Shown one piece after another: positions 49,261 to 63,330 of a DNA stretch of 64,000 nucleotides. The notes beneath the pieces were generated by a model. That model had not been told where the DNA came from. It saw only the letters and a list, made by a program, of their open reading frames with translations, and did not search any database. The number at the start of each line of letters is the position of its first letter. Position 1 is the stretch's first letter. The position numbers and the translations under genes are program-made. Origin of the DNA: the human T2T-CHM13v2.0 reference genome, Homo sapiens; the NCBI RefSeq assembly GCF_009914755.1, contig NC_060934.1; one strand, written 5' to 3'.

Positions 49261-52200
49261 ATGATGACAGGATCAAATTCACACATAACAATATTAACCT
49301 TAAATGTAAATAGGCTAAATGCCCCAATTAAAAGACACAGACTGGCAAATTGGATAAAGAGTCAAGACCCATTGGTGTGCTGTATTCAGGAGAACCATCT
49401 CATGTGCAAATACACACATAGGCTCAAAATAAAGGGATGGAGGAGTATTTACCAAGCAAATGGAAAGCAAAAAAAAAAAAAAAAAAATCAGGGGTTGCAG
49501 TCCTAGTCTCTGATAAAACAGACAACTCTGATCTTTAAACCAACAGAGATCAAAAAAGACAGAGAAGGGCACTACATAATGGTAAGGGATCAATGCAACA
49601 AGAAGAGCTAACTATCTTAAATATATATGCACCCAAAACAGGAGCACCCAGATTCATAAAGCAAGTCCTTAGAGACCTACAAAGAGACTTAGACTCCCAC
49701 ACAATAATAGTGGGAGACTTTAACAGCCCACAGACAATATTAGACAGATCAACGAGACAGAAAATTAACAAGCATATTCAGGACTTGAACTCAGCTCTGG
49801 ACCAAGCAGACCTAATAGATAACTACATAACTCTCCACTCCAAATCCACAGAATACACATTCTTCTCAGCACCACATAGCATTTGCTCTAAAATCAACCA
49901 ATAATTGGATGTATAACACTCCTCAGCAAATGCAAAAGAACAGAAATCATAACAGCCTCTCAGACCACAGTGCAATCAAATTAGAACTCAGGATTAAGAA
50001 ACTCATTCAAAGCTGCACAACTACATTGAAACTGAACAACCTGCTCCTGAATGATGACTGGGTAAATAATAAAATTAAGGCAGAAATAATGAAGTTATTT
50101 GAAACCAATGAGAACAAAGACACAACGTACCAGAATCTCTGGGGCACAGCTAAAGCAGTGTTTAGAGGGAAGTTTGTAGCACTAAATGCCCACATCAGAA
50201 AGCAAGAAAGATGAAAATCAACATTCTAACATCACAATTAAAAGAACTAAAGAAGCAAGAGAAAACAAATTCAAAAGCTAGCAGAAGACAAGAAATAACT
50301 AAGATCAGACCAGAACTCAAGGAGATAGAGAGACGAAAAAACCTTCAAAAAATCAATGAATCCAGGAACTGCTTTTTTGAAAAGATTAACAGAATAGATA
50401 GATCACTAGCCAGACTAACAAAGAAGAAAAGAGAGAAGAATCAAACAGATACAATAAAAAATGATAAAAGGGATATCACCACTGATCCTACAGAAACACA
50501 AACTGCCATCAGAGAATACTATAAACACCTCTATGCAAATACACTAGAAAATCTAGAAGAAATGGAAAATTCCTGGACACATACACCCTCCCAAGACTAA
50601 GCCAGGAAGAAGTTAAATATCTGAATAGACCAATAACAAGTTCTGAAATTGAGGCAGTAATTAATAGCCTACCAACCAAAAAGAGCCCAGGACCAGACAG
50701 ATTCATAGCCGAATTCTACCAGAGGTACAAAAAGGAGCTGATACCATTTCTTCTGAAACTATTCCAAACAATAGAAAAAGAGGGACTTCTCCCTAACTCA
50801 ATTTATGCGGCCAGCGTCATCCTGATACCAAAGCCTGTCAGAGACACAACAAAAAAAGAAAATTTCAGGCCAATATCTCTGATAAACATCGATGTGAAAA
50901 TCCTCAATAAAATACTGGCAAACTAAATCCAGCAGCACAACAAAAAGCTTATCCACCACAATCAAGTTGGCTTCATCCCTGGGATACAAGGCTGGTTCAA
51001 CATACACAAATCAATAAACATAATTCATCACATAAAAAGAACCAATGACAAAAACCACATAATCATCTCAACAGATGCAGAAAAGGCCTTCAATAAAATT
51101 CAACACTGCTTCATGCTAAAAACTTTCAATAAACTAGATATTGATGGAACATATCTCAAAATAATAAGAGCTATTTATGACAAAGCCATAGCCAGTATCA
51201 TACTGAATGGGCAAAAGCTGGAAGCATTCCCTTTGAAAACTGGCACAAGATGAGGGTACCCTCTCTCACCACTCCTATTCAATTAGTATTGGAAGTTCTG
51301 GCGAGAGGAATCAGGCAAGAGAAAGAAATAAAGGGTATTCAAATAGGAAGAGAGGAAGTCAAATTGTCTCTGTTTGCAGATGACATGATTCTGTATTTAG
51401 AAAACCCCATCATCTCAGCCCAAAAGCTCCTCAAGCTGATAAACAACTTCAGCAAAGTCTCAGGTTACAAAATCAATGTGCAAAAATCACAATCATTTCT
51501 ATACACCAATAATAGACAAGCAGAGAGTCAAATCATGAGTGAACTCCCATTCACAATTGTTACAAAGAAAATAAAATACCTAGGAATACAACTTACAAGG
51601 GACATGAAGGACCTCTTCAAGGAGAACTACAAACCACTGCTCAAGGAAATGAGAGGAAAAAATGGAAAAAAAAATCCATGTTCATGGATAGGAAGAATCA
51701 ATATCATGAAAATGGCCATACCGCCCAATGTAATTTATAGATTCAATGCTATTCCAAGCTACCATTGACTTTCTTCACAGAATTGGAAAAAAACTACTTT
51801 AAATTTCATATGGAACCACAAAAGAGCCCATATAGCCAAGACAATACTAAGTAAAAAGAAAAAAGCTGGAGGCATCATGCTACCTGACTTCAAACTATAC
51901 TGCAAGGCTACAGTAACCAAAACAGCATGGTACTGGTACCAAAACAGATATATAGACCAATGGAACAGAGCAGAGGCCTCAGAAATAACACTACACATCT
52001 ACAACCGTCTGATTTTTGACAAATCTGACAAAAACAAGCAATGGGGAAAGGATTCTCTATTTAATAAATGGTGCTGGGAAAACTGGCTAGCCATATGCAG
52101 AAAACAGAAACTGGACCCCTTGCTTACATCTGATACAAAAATTAACTCAAGATGGATTAAAGACTTAAACATAAAACCTAAAACCACAAAAACCTTAGAA

Positions 52201-53090
52201 GAATACCTAGGGAATACCATTCAGGACATAGGCATGGGCAAAGACTTTGTGACTAAAACACCAAAAACAATTGCAACAAAAGCCAGAATTGACAAATGGG
52301 ATCTAATTAAACTAAAGAGCTTCTGTTCAGCAAAAGAAACTATCATCAGAGTGAAAAGGCAACCTACAGAATGGGAGAAAATTTTTGCAATCTACCCATC
52401 TGACAAAGGGATAATATCCAGAATCTACATGGAACTTAAACAAATTGGCAAGAAAAAAACAAACAACCCCATCAAAAAGTAGGTGAAGGATATGAACAGA
52501 TACCTCTCAAAAGAAGACGTCTATGCTGCCAACCAACATGATAAAAAGCTCACCATCACTGGTCATTAGAGAAATGCAAATCAAAACCACAATCAGATAC
52601 CATCTCATGCCAATTAGAATGCTGATCATTAAAAAGTCTGGAAACAACAGATGCTGGCAAGGATGTGAAGAAATAAGAAGGATTTCACTTCTGGTGGGAG
52701 TGTAAATTAGTTCAACCATTGTGAAAGACAGTGTGGCAATTCCTCAAGGATCTAGAACCAGAAATACCATTTGACCCAGCAATCCTGTTACTGGGTATAT
52801 ACCTAAAGGATTATAAATAATTCTACTATAAAGACACATGCACGTGTATGTTTATTGCAGCACTATTTACAATAGCAAAGACTTGGAACCAACCCAAATG
52901 CCCATCAATGATAGACTGGATAAATAAAATGTGGCACATATACAACATGGAATACTATGCAGCCATAATAAAGAATGAGTTCATTTCCTTTGCATGGGCA
53001 TGGATGAAGCTGGAAACCATCATCCTCAGCAAACTAACACAGGAACAGAAAACCAAACACCACACGTTCCCACTCATAAGCAGGAGTTGA
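49261..53090 (+). pseudogene. L1 ORF2p endonuclease/reverse transcriptase (disrupted)
   Basis: [42 protein letters not shown] and C-terminal MFIAALFTIAKTW pieces in shifted frames. Confidence 0.95.
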
Positions 53091-53389
53091 ACAATGAGAA
53101 CATATGGACACAGAGAGGGGAACATCACACACTGGGGACTGTCGGTGGGTAGGGAGAAAGGGGAGGGACAGCATTAGGACAAACACCTAATGCATATGGG
53201 GCTTACAACCTAGATGACAGATTGATAGGTGCAGCAAACCACCATGGCACATGTTTACATTTAAATTTCATATGGAACCAACAACAGCCCATATAGCCAA
53301 GACAATCCTAAGTATATAACAAACCTGCACATTCAGCACATGTATCCCAGAACTTAAAGTAAAATTTAAAAAATAATAATAAATAAATA

Positions 53390-53874
53390 CAACAAATATG
53401 ATAACAGCCCTTTCCCAAAACAAACCCCCTTCTTGCCTGAGGACTAGACTGCCTTCATAGGAATAACAAATTACCCACAAGATTGGAAATTATGGTTTAG
53501 GAGTCATGCAGCTGGAGGCTACAAGATTCTGATCATCCCTAAACTGTTCCTTAGATCAACGCTTGCGATATTTTTGCAGACCCTGCACTTGTTGGAGCAG
53601 CTGGCATCATCCAGAGTGATAAACTGGCTCATCTGATCTTGTGGCCCCCACTCAGGAACTGATTCAGTGCAAGAGGACAGCTTCAATTCCCGATGATTTC
53701 ATCTCCAACCCAACCAATCAGCACTCTGGACTCACTGGCCTTCCCCTATCCACCAAATTATCCTTAAGAACTCTGATCCTCAAATACTTGGAGAGACTGA
53801 TTTGTGTAATACTAAAACTTTGGTCTGCCGCACAGCCAGCACTGCATGGATTACTCTTTCTCTATTGCAATTGC
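53390..53874 (+). mobile_element. LTR8-like ERV1 LTR, truncated at both ends
   Basis: GATAACAGCCCTTTCCCAAAACAAAC...TATGGTTTAGGAGTCATGCAGCTGGAGGCTACAAGATTCTG. Confidence 0.8.
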
Positions 53875-55013
<1,139 letters not shown>

Positions 55014-55364
55014 CTAAGTTTGTGAATTACCATTGACATTTTTAACATCAGAGCTAAATATTGTCATTTTAGAGATAGTAGGGAGCTAGGCAGTTATCTG
55101 GTCTACCTCCTTTATTTTTACATAAAACTGAGGAGGCTGCAGAAAAGAGTTTAAATGGTGTATTCCTGGTGATTGAGATTTATTATTCCTCCTTTACTTC
55201 TCTACTTGTTCCCCCTCTTTATTTTTAGCAAAGAAAGTTCTGCAACACTGCTGGCTTACGTTTGTCTATTTTTATGCCATGGCTAATAGAGTATGCTTCT
55301 TGGTTTGCTAAATGTATTTTCTTTTGGTTATTCAGTAGAAATTACTTGTCCTGAGTCTGTAATC

Positions 55365-56620
55365 TGCTGATGGAAAAATACCCCAAACTCTGTAAAATAT
55401 TTTAAAGAGGTTTATTCTAAGCCAGTATGAGTGACCATGGCCCAGGGAACAGTCTTGAGAGCTTTTGAGAAAGAGTACCCCAGGCAGTTGGGTTACAGTT
55501 TGGTTTTATACTTTTTTTTTTTTTTTTTTTTTTTTTGAGAGAGAGTCTCACACTGCCACTCAGGCTGGAGTGCAATGGTGTGATCTCAGCTCAACCTCCA
55601 CCTCCGAGATTCAAGCAATTTTCCAGCCTCAGCCTCCCAAGTAGCTGAGATTACAGGTGTGCACCACCACACCTGGCTAATTTTTGTATTTTTAGTAGAG
55701 ATACGGTTTCATCATGTTGGCCAGGCTGGTCCCGAACTCCAGACCTCAAGTGATCCCCCCGCCTCAGCCTCCCAAAGTGCTGGATTACAGGTGTGAGCCA
55801 CCGTGCCCAGCCTGGTTTTATACATTTTAGTGAGATGGGACTTGCAGGTAAAATACTAAACTAATAATGGAAGGTCTACATTTGTTCGGCCTAAAGAGGT
55901 AGAATATCTTGAAGGGGGCAGTGAGATGGGGATGGGGGTTACAGGTCATAGGTGGATTCAAAGACTTTTTTAATTGGTAATTGGTTGAAAGAGTTAAGCT
56001 TTGTCTAAAGACTTGAAGTCAGTAGAAAAAAATGCTTAAGATAAGGGGGCTTATGGAGACCAAAGTTCTTGTTATGTGGATGAAGTTTCATAGGTAGCAG
56101 CCTTCAGAGAGAATAGATAGTAAATGTCTCTTTTCCAGTCTTAAAAGATTTCAGACTCTTAGTTAATCTCTCCTAGATCCAGGAAAGGCCTGGAAAAGGA
56201 AGGTGTGGCTGCATTATCTCCATTAATGGAGATTCTCTACAAATGCAAATTCCCCCCATAAAAGATGGCTTGGCAGGACAATTTCAAAATATGTCAAATA
56301 AATATATTTTGGGGTAAAATATTTTGATTTCTCTCCAGGTCTGCTATCTGTTATGCAATGCTATACCAGAGTCAGGTTGGAATTTGTTATCTTATTGCCA
56401 CAAAGAGTCTGTTTTTTTCAGTCTTATGGTCTGTATTTTAATGTTAGTGCTGGTCAGTTGTGCCTAAACTCCAAAAGGGAGGGAATATAATGAGGTATGT
56501 CCAACCTCCCTTCCTGTCATGGCTGGGAATTCAGTTTTTCAGATTTTTCTGGGGTCCTCTTGGCCAAGAAGGGATCTATTTAGTCGGCTGGGGGGCTTAG
56601 AAATTTATTTTTGGTTTACA
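55365..56620 (-). mobile_element. MER4(B/D)-type ERV1 solo LTR
   Basis: Reverse complement begins TGTAAACCAAAAATAAATTTCTAAGCCCCCCAGCCGACT. Confidence 0.88.
55512..55812 (-). mobile_element. AluS inside MER4
   Basis: TSD TGGTTTTATAC. Confidence 0.95.
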
Positions 56621-56791
56621 AACATATTAAAGTGGCCATCAGAGAAATTGTCGGTATCCTGATAGCTGTTTTCTTATAATGTTTACAGTATCACTTGGTG
56701 GTTAATTTACTTAAAGTAATTAGAACTCTCTCAGGTAAAAGTGAAAGAAATTTTTTTTTTTAATAAAAACACTTTAAAAAGGAATTGATTA

Positions 56792-57211
<420 letters not shown>

Positions 57212-57499
57212 TTATCCATTTTTCTGCCTGCCCTGGCTTCCTTCTCTTTGAAATCAGAGGAATTTTTCTCCAAAAGTCTGCTAGTAGACCTGAGTTTGAA
57301 TTATAAGAGTTTCCTGATTCCAGTTCTAAAATTCTAGGAAAAGGACACTGATTGACTTAGCATGGGCCATGTGCCTGCTTATAGACCAATTAAGTAATAC
57401 GAGGAAATGAATATGACAGTAACAATATCTTGGCTCCGGTGACCACCCTTGGTGGTCAGTCAGTTGTATCCAGGAAGTGGAGTCATAGCAGCTTCCATC

Positions 57500-57660
57500 A
57501 TAACCATGTGTGAAATTGGCCAAGTTACTTCATTTTTCTGTGCCTTTCTCCTTTACTTCATCTGTAAAATGAGATTAAATTGTTCCCCTCTCATAGAGTT
57601 ATTTGAGGATTTTATGAGAAAATGCAACATTCTTTGTATAGTGGAAAACTGGAAACAATA
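57500..57660 (+). mobile_element. MIR
   Basis: TTGGCCAAGTTACTT...TTCATCTGTAAAATGAG. Confidence 0.75.
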
Positions 57661-57679
57661 TGATATAAACATTCATTAC

Positions 57680-58383
57680 TGTATTAGGCTGTTTGTGCAT
57701 TGCTATAAAGAAATACTTAACCTGACCAACATGGCAAAACCCCATCTCTACTAAAAATACAAAAATTAGCCGGGCGTGGTAGTGCACATCTGTAATCCCA
57801 GCTACTCAGCAGGCTGAGGTGGGAGAAATCACTTGAACCCAGGAGGTGGAGGCTGCAGTGAGCTGAGATCGCGCCACTGCACTCCAGCCTGAGCAATAGA
57901 CCAAGACCCTGTCTCAAAAAAAAAAAAAAAAAAGAAAGAAAGAAAAGGAAAAAAGAAAAGAAAAGAAAAAGAAAAAAAAGAGAAATACCTGACACTGGAT
58001 AATTTATCAAGAAAAGAGGTTTAATTAGCTCATGGTTCTGCAGGCTGTACAGGAAGCATAACACAGGCATGTGCTTCTGGGAAGGCCTCAGGAAGCTTAC
58101 AATCATGGTAGAAAGTGAAGGGGGAGCAGGTATCTCACATGGTGGGAACAGGAGAGAGAGCGAGAGAGTGAGAGTGAGGTGCCATGCTTTTAAACAGCCA
58201 GATCTTGCAAGAAGTCACTCACTATTGCAAGGACAGCACCAAGAGGATGGTGGGATGACGCTAAGTCATTTATGAGAAAGCCACCCCTATGATCCAATCA
58301 TCTCCCACCAGGCCCCAAATCCAATACTGGGGATTACAATTCAACATGAGATTTGGGCGGAGACACACATCCAAACCATAACA
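57680..58383 (-). mobile_element. MSTB-type solo LTR with a 5'-truncated Alu (57721-57979, +)
   Basis: TGTATTAGGC...CCAAACCATAACA; TSD ATTAC/ATCAC. Confidence 0.9.
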
Positions 58384-58741
58384 ATCACCAAGGGACAAGT
58401 TAAAGAAGTTTGTGGGCTCAAGCAGTTGACTTCTATGCAGCCATTAAAATATATGTCCCCAACAGAAGGCAGGCTTCCACGTATAACACATGTGACCATT
58501 TTCCCCAGGCCCTCTAGTTTGCAAAGGTGAGGGCAGAGCTCAACCTGTAGTGTAGAGCCTGAGACAGAGGGACCATGCTCCCTGTGTCCTAATGGGAAAG
58601 GGCTCTTCTTGAGTAGAAAGGTGATTACCAAGTTTTGCTTTCTCCTATAGATGAAACATGAGCAAAAACAGGGAAATGGAGACCTGGAAAAGAGAGGGCA
58701 CAGAAACGGCCAGGTGGGTACACCTGTGATGCTGGTGGTGG

Positions 58742-59087
58742 GATTCGTTGGTGAACTACAGCCTGTAGGCCAAATCCAGCCCACTACCTGATTTTGCATG
58801 GCCCAGGAGTGAAGGATGGTTTGTTTGTTTTTTTGTTTGTTTGTTTTACATTAAAATGATTGAGAAATAAATTTTTTAAAAGAATATTTCATGACTTGTG
58901 AATAGTATATAAAATTCACATGTCATAAATAAAGCTTTATTGGAACATGCCAGACCCATGCACTTACATATTGTCTAGGGCTTCTTTCCCCCATGTAAAG
59001 TTGAGTAGTTTTACAGAGATCATATGGGTTCCAAAGCCTAAAATATTTACTATGTGACCCTTTACTGAAAAAGTTTGCTGACCCCTG
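58742..59087. mobile_element. MER58B-like hAT element
   Basis: AACTACAGCCTGTAGGCCAAATCCAGCCC...TTTACTGAAAAAGTTTGCTGACCCCTG. Confidence 0.88.
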
Positions 59088-59129
59088 CCTTGTAGTATGA
59101 CACATGGATTTTTGGAAGAGTAAAACAAA

Positions 59130-59345
59130 TTTAACATTTGCTGAGCACTCCTTCTTACCCAGCATGGCTATAGACTCTTCTCATGTATTTAATATAATTT
59201 TGTGAACAACCCTATAAGGCAGGTACTATTATTATCTTCATTTCACACATAAGAAAGTTAAGACACCTCGGTAATTTTCTCAAAGTCAGGTCATTAGTGA
59301 GTAGAAAAACTGGGATACGAACCCAGGCTGTCCAATTCCAGAGCA
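59130..59345 (-). mobile_element. MIR
   Basis: AACATTTGCTGAGCAC...AACAACCCTATAAGGCAGGTACTATTATT...GAACCCAGG. Confidence 0.8.
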
Positions 59346-59593
59346 ATAATCTAGTTAGATTTTCTGGCTTGTTATGGGATGGAATTCCTGCTAGCTGTCC
59401 CTCAAAAATGTCAGTATCGCTATGCAAACCATCATTTACTTGATTAGTCTTGCTGTGGAGAAAGGGATTGGGCTGTGCCTACACTTGGGGCACAACGGGA
59501 GAGGACACAACAGGAGGGGACAGTAGCCTTGAGAAGTGGCACCAGTTCACTCCTGGGCTTTACATTTGATGGCGTCATAGAATGGAGGAAATC

Positions 59594-59595
<2 letters not shown>

Positions 59596-59643
<48 letters not shown>
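59596..59643. repeat. (TG)24 microsatellite
   Basis: Seen directly. Confidence 0.97.
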
Positions 59644-59644
<1 letters not shown>

Positions 59645-60638
59645 TGTATACATAGCAAATGTCTCGAAGGTCCCATCCCAAACTGCATATAGCATTTGCC
59701 CTTCAGGAGTGAAATGGATAATGTAAAATTGGGAGCTGTCTACATTTTAATCCTACGTTGTTTGAAATTTTAAGTGAGGTTGTAGTCTTTGTATTGCTAT
59801 TTTCAGAAACTCATATAAACATGGTGAAAAGAACTCTCTGGCCTGATTTTCCCTTTTGTGAGGTAAATTGACTTAACTCTTCTTTAAGTTTCCTAGGTTT
59901 TGAGAAGAGATAGATTATTTAATAATCTATTTCCCCAGGATGGCACCTAGAGGAAAAGATTATCCAGCCACCAAGAAATGCCCAGCTCCTCTATTTATGA
60001 TGAACCTGACTTAATCAGGAGTAGAAGGCACATTTCTTCTTTTCAGAGTTACACAAGGGCCCTGGGTTTCCTGTTGACATGAAGATATTCACACCCTTCA
60101 GAGGATGGAACCCTTCACAAACAGCTTATCATCTGTTCCACTTTCTGCTCTTAGAGATGAAATAGGAAGTTTCTTCTTTGTTCAAAGATTAAGGAAACCA
60201 CTGTTTCCCTGTTGAGATGGGGAAAGACGTACCATCCTGGGATCTTCATGTCTCAGAAGGATTATATACATTTTCCCTTGTCTTCCCTGCAAAGGAATGA
60301 GAGAAAGAACAGTCCCAGGGTTTGGCCACTGAAGGCTGGAAAGGGATGGCAGGGCCCTCCCACACTTAGTCATTACTCATGCATGAGGGCAGCTCCCAGC
60401 CCTCAGCTCTGGACGGGTGGTGAGGGCTGGTTTTCCTGGGCTCTGCTAGGTATCTGCTTGGTATCTTGGGGAACTATCTCAAATTGAGTGAAAGAGCAGT
60501 GAGTGTTGCTTCCATTTTCGGTACACCACTGAAAATGAAGTACTTGTACAAGCTGGACATTTGAGTTTCACTTCTCTTGTAATGTTGAATACAGACTCCT
60601 AATTTAAAGACATGTATCTAAGGGACAAATAATTGCAC

Positions 60639-61270
60639 TGATCCAAGAAGGGCTGGGCTCCTGGCTAAACTCTATCCTGAAGCCTGGAACCTTGGCCCTA
60701 AGTGAAAACAGCCAACCCCATTTTTCCACCCAAATGATTTCCTTTTCGGCCCACCCCGCCCCCTATCCTGTGCCCACAAAAAACCAGACTTCAGCTGGTA
60801 GAGGGAAAAAAAACACACACATACAAAAGCTGCTGACTGTCGGGGATACAAGCAGCTGAGTGGTGAGCAGAGAAGCAGCAACTGCGTACTGTAGAATATG
60901 GATAAACGCAGCTAACTTCAGACGGTGCGGCTTCAGAGGGGAGCCTGGCTGGAGACAGGCTGGGCTTCAGGGAAAGATCACCTTCTTCCCACTCGATCCC
61001 CTTTCCAGCTCCCCTTCCACCGAGAGCCACTTGCACTGCTCAATAGTCTTCTGCACCAATCATCTTTCAAACAGTTCATGTGACCTGATTCTCCCAGAAT
61101 ATTGAACAACAACTCGGGTGTCAAAAAGAGCAGGTGCAGAAGGCTGTCACCCTAACCTTTTACTGAGCTGTTAACACTTAGCCATCCACAGACTGCAGGC
61201 TGCAGGCTGAGTGAAATGAGTCACTCCAGTTCCACGAAGGGGGTCAAAGTCAAGGAAAAATCTCATCTTA
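60639..61270 (+). mobile_element. ERV1 solo LTR (LTR27-like)
   Basis: TGA...GGGCTGGGCTCCTGGCTAAAC...GGCCCTAAGTGAAAACAG; CCCCGCCCC GC box; TSD GCAC/ACAC. Confidence 0.75.
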
Positions 61271-61614
61271 ACACAACCCATAATGTAATAGTGTGCAATA
61301 TCTTTTCTAGTAATCACAGTTTTTGTAAAAAATCAGTATAAAGCTGTCAAGTTTTCTTTCTTAGAAAAGATCTGTTATATTTTTCTGAAATCATCTTCTT
61401 TATCTTTTGCAGGGAGGAATGTCCTTCCTTTTATGAAATTAAATAAGAGCCCCTATAATTTGCAAGAAACTGTTCTAAGTCCTAAGGAATTGGCAGCGAA
61501 CAAAATGCAGCAAGTCTCTAAACTTGTAGAGCAAATTTTTTTCCAGAATAAAATGTAGCTTTATTATGACATAGGAAAGACTGCAAACCATTAGGGGAGG
61601 ACGAGGAGTCAAAT

Positions 61615-62541
61615 TGATGCAGGATTATTTTCTTGACTGTTTCGTGGGACTCGTGACAGGGGTGCCCTGTTTACTCAGCCCACCCCGCTTAACCCCTTGT
61701 AGGAGGGAGCACACAAGCAAATGAATGGAGGAACCGGCTGGCTGCTCCATTCCTTCAGGTCTGCCATGCTCCACCCCTCACAGGAGGGAGCATGTAGGCA
61801 AGTGAGTGCAGGAACCAGCTGGCTGCTTTGGTGCCAGCAGGAGCAAACTCCAGGCAGGCCCCGCAGCAGTGTCTAGGTGGGGGTGCCTGTGACCCCAGAG
61901 CCCCAGAGGGCGTGTTACAATGCTCTCTTAGCTCCACTGTCCACAGACAGCAGTGTGTTATCAGCTCAGTGGGCCCTTTGCCTCATCGTATGGGGCAGCT
62001 GCCCTCTGCCAGTGAGGGAAAGGGACCAGTGTTGACAGCCTTTTTGGGTATCAGCCCTTGGTGCATACTGAATCCTTGTTTGGTGCCCAAGAAGAATGAG
62101 GTCACATGAACGAATTGAAGGATGGTGGATGAGGATAATTTTATTGATCAATGAAAGCAGATCTCAGCCGAAAGGGGAGCTGGAAAGGAGATGGGAAGGG
62201 CAGGTTGCTCTCCCTTGAAAGCCTCTGTTTGACATCCAGCTGCTGTCTCTGAAGTCAAGGTGCCTCTTCCCAGTGTCCAGCTGCTTCTCCTCTCTACAGG
62301 CTGAGCCTGGGGTCTTTGTAGGCACAGGATGAGGGGTAGGGCAGGCCATAGATTGCTTTGGAAAAGGCAACATCTGATTGGCAAAAAGACGTTATTCAGA
62401 AAGAACCAATCAGGAGACAGTGGGCACACAGGGATAGAAGTTCTCACTTTGGGTGGCAGGTTTCAGGATTTCCAGAAGGTGGGGTTTTGCCACAGATCCA
62501 CCCCTGTCTGCAGAGAATTTCTCTGCCTCTTGCCTCTATCC
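61615..62541 (-). mobile_element. ERV1 solo LTR (LTR28/MER52/LTR1 group)
   Basis: Reverse complement ends ...AATCCTGCATCA; CCAAT boxes; TSD AAAT/AGAT; homologous to 60639-61270. Confidence 0.78.
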
Positions 62542-63029
62542 AGATAGCTCCTTAAAATGAGAGGTAAAAGGAAGACATAAACACCTTGGTAATGAAGCCT
62601 CCAACCACAGCACAATCATTGGATGTTTTTTCTCACAATTTTTTGTTTTCAAAGCTATAGTAAATGAAACAGCTACTTGAATTATCAAAAGAATAGCAGT
62701 TTTACACAATGAGAAGCATACATGCCAAGCAAAAATATAGTAGCACTTGGGCATAGAGTCCAGGGACCCTTCGTGCACCTGATAGGGAAGCCCAGGGCCT
62801 CGGTAGGTGTTGTGGGGGTGCTGGAAGGAGGCCAATCATGCTCCCAGCATATGGCTCAGCTCAAAGCACAACAGCAAATTCTAGAAAACAAATAAATATA
62901 TAACACCATGCCAACAGTAATTGGCACTATTAGCACCAATTAATAATATTAGCACTATTTTAATAAGTGCTATGAAGAGACATGAAATAGAACCAGGAGC
63001 TCAAGCAGTGGGACTCAACCTGGGCCCAA

Positions 63030-63160
63030 CGCTGTAAACACCCAAGAGCTTTAAAACATATTGTTGCCTTGGTTCTACTTGGAGAGTTCTATTCCAATTG
63101 GTCTGGAGTTTAGCTTGGGAATCTGAATTTTAAGCACTTTGGGTGGGTCTAATGTACTGA
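63030..63160. mobile_element. MER5-like hAT fragment
   Basis: GAGCTTTAAAACATA...CCAATTGGTCTGG...CTAATGTAC. Confidence 0.55.
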
Positions 63161-63184
63161 TGAGCAGTGACTACCAATAAGGGC

Positions 63185-63330
63185 ACACTGGCACTTGAGG
63201 CTTTCACTCACATTTCATTGGCCAAAGCAAGTCATATTCCTGACCTGCACTCCAGGCAAGAGGGCAGTGCCATTCCAGGTGTGCCCTGGAGAAAGGGAAT
63301 GTGCGTGAAGCCCCTTAATGGTGGCCACAA
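63185..63330. mobile_element. Old MLT1 fragment
   Basis: CACATTTCATTGGCCAAAGCAAGTCATAT. Confidence 0.55.

Larger units (their letters stand above)
46849..53389 (+). mobile_element. Full-length, inactive LINE-1 (L1PA7/L1PA8-like)
   Basis: 5'UTR CAAGATGGTCGAATAGGAACAGCTCCGG, ORF1, ORF2, 3'UTR and A-rich tail; about 6.5 kb. Confidence 0.96.

Noticed and set aside
51250-52482. 172-aa and 201-aa RT-like ORFs as a novel reverse-transcriptase system
   Set aside because: They are frameshifted pieces of ordinary L1 ORF2p in a dead L1PA element.
59941-59953. CTCF-like TGGCACCTAGAGG
   Set aside because: Mismatches at core positions; not supportable from sequence alone.
61692-61827. About 55-bp direct repeat (GGAGGGAGCA...GGAACC(G/A)GCTGGCTGCT)
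   Set aside because: Internal tandem units are typical of this LTR group.
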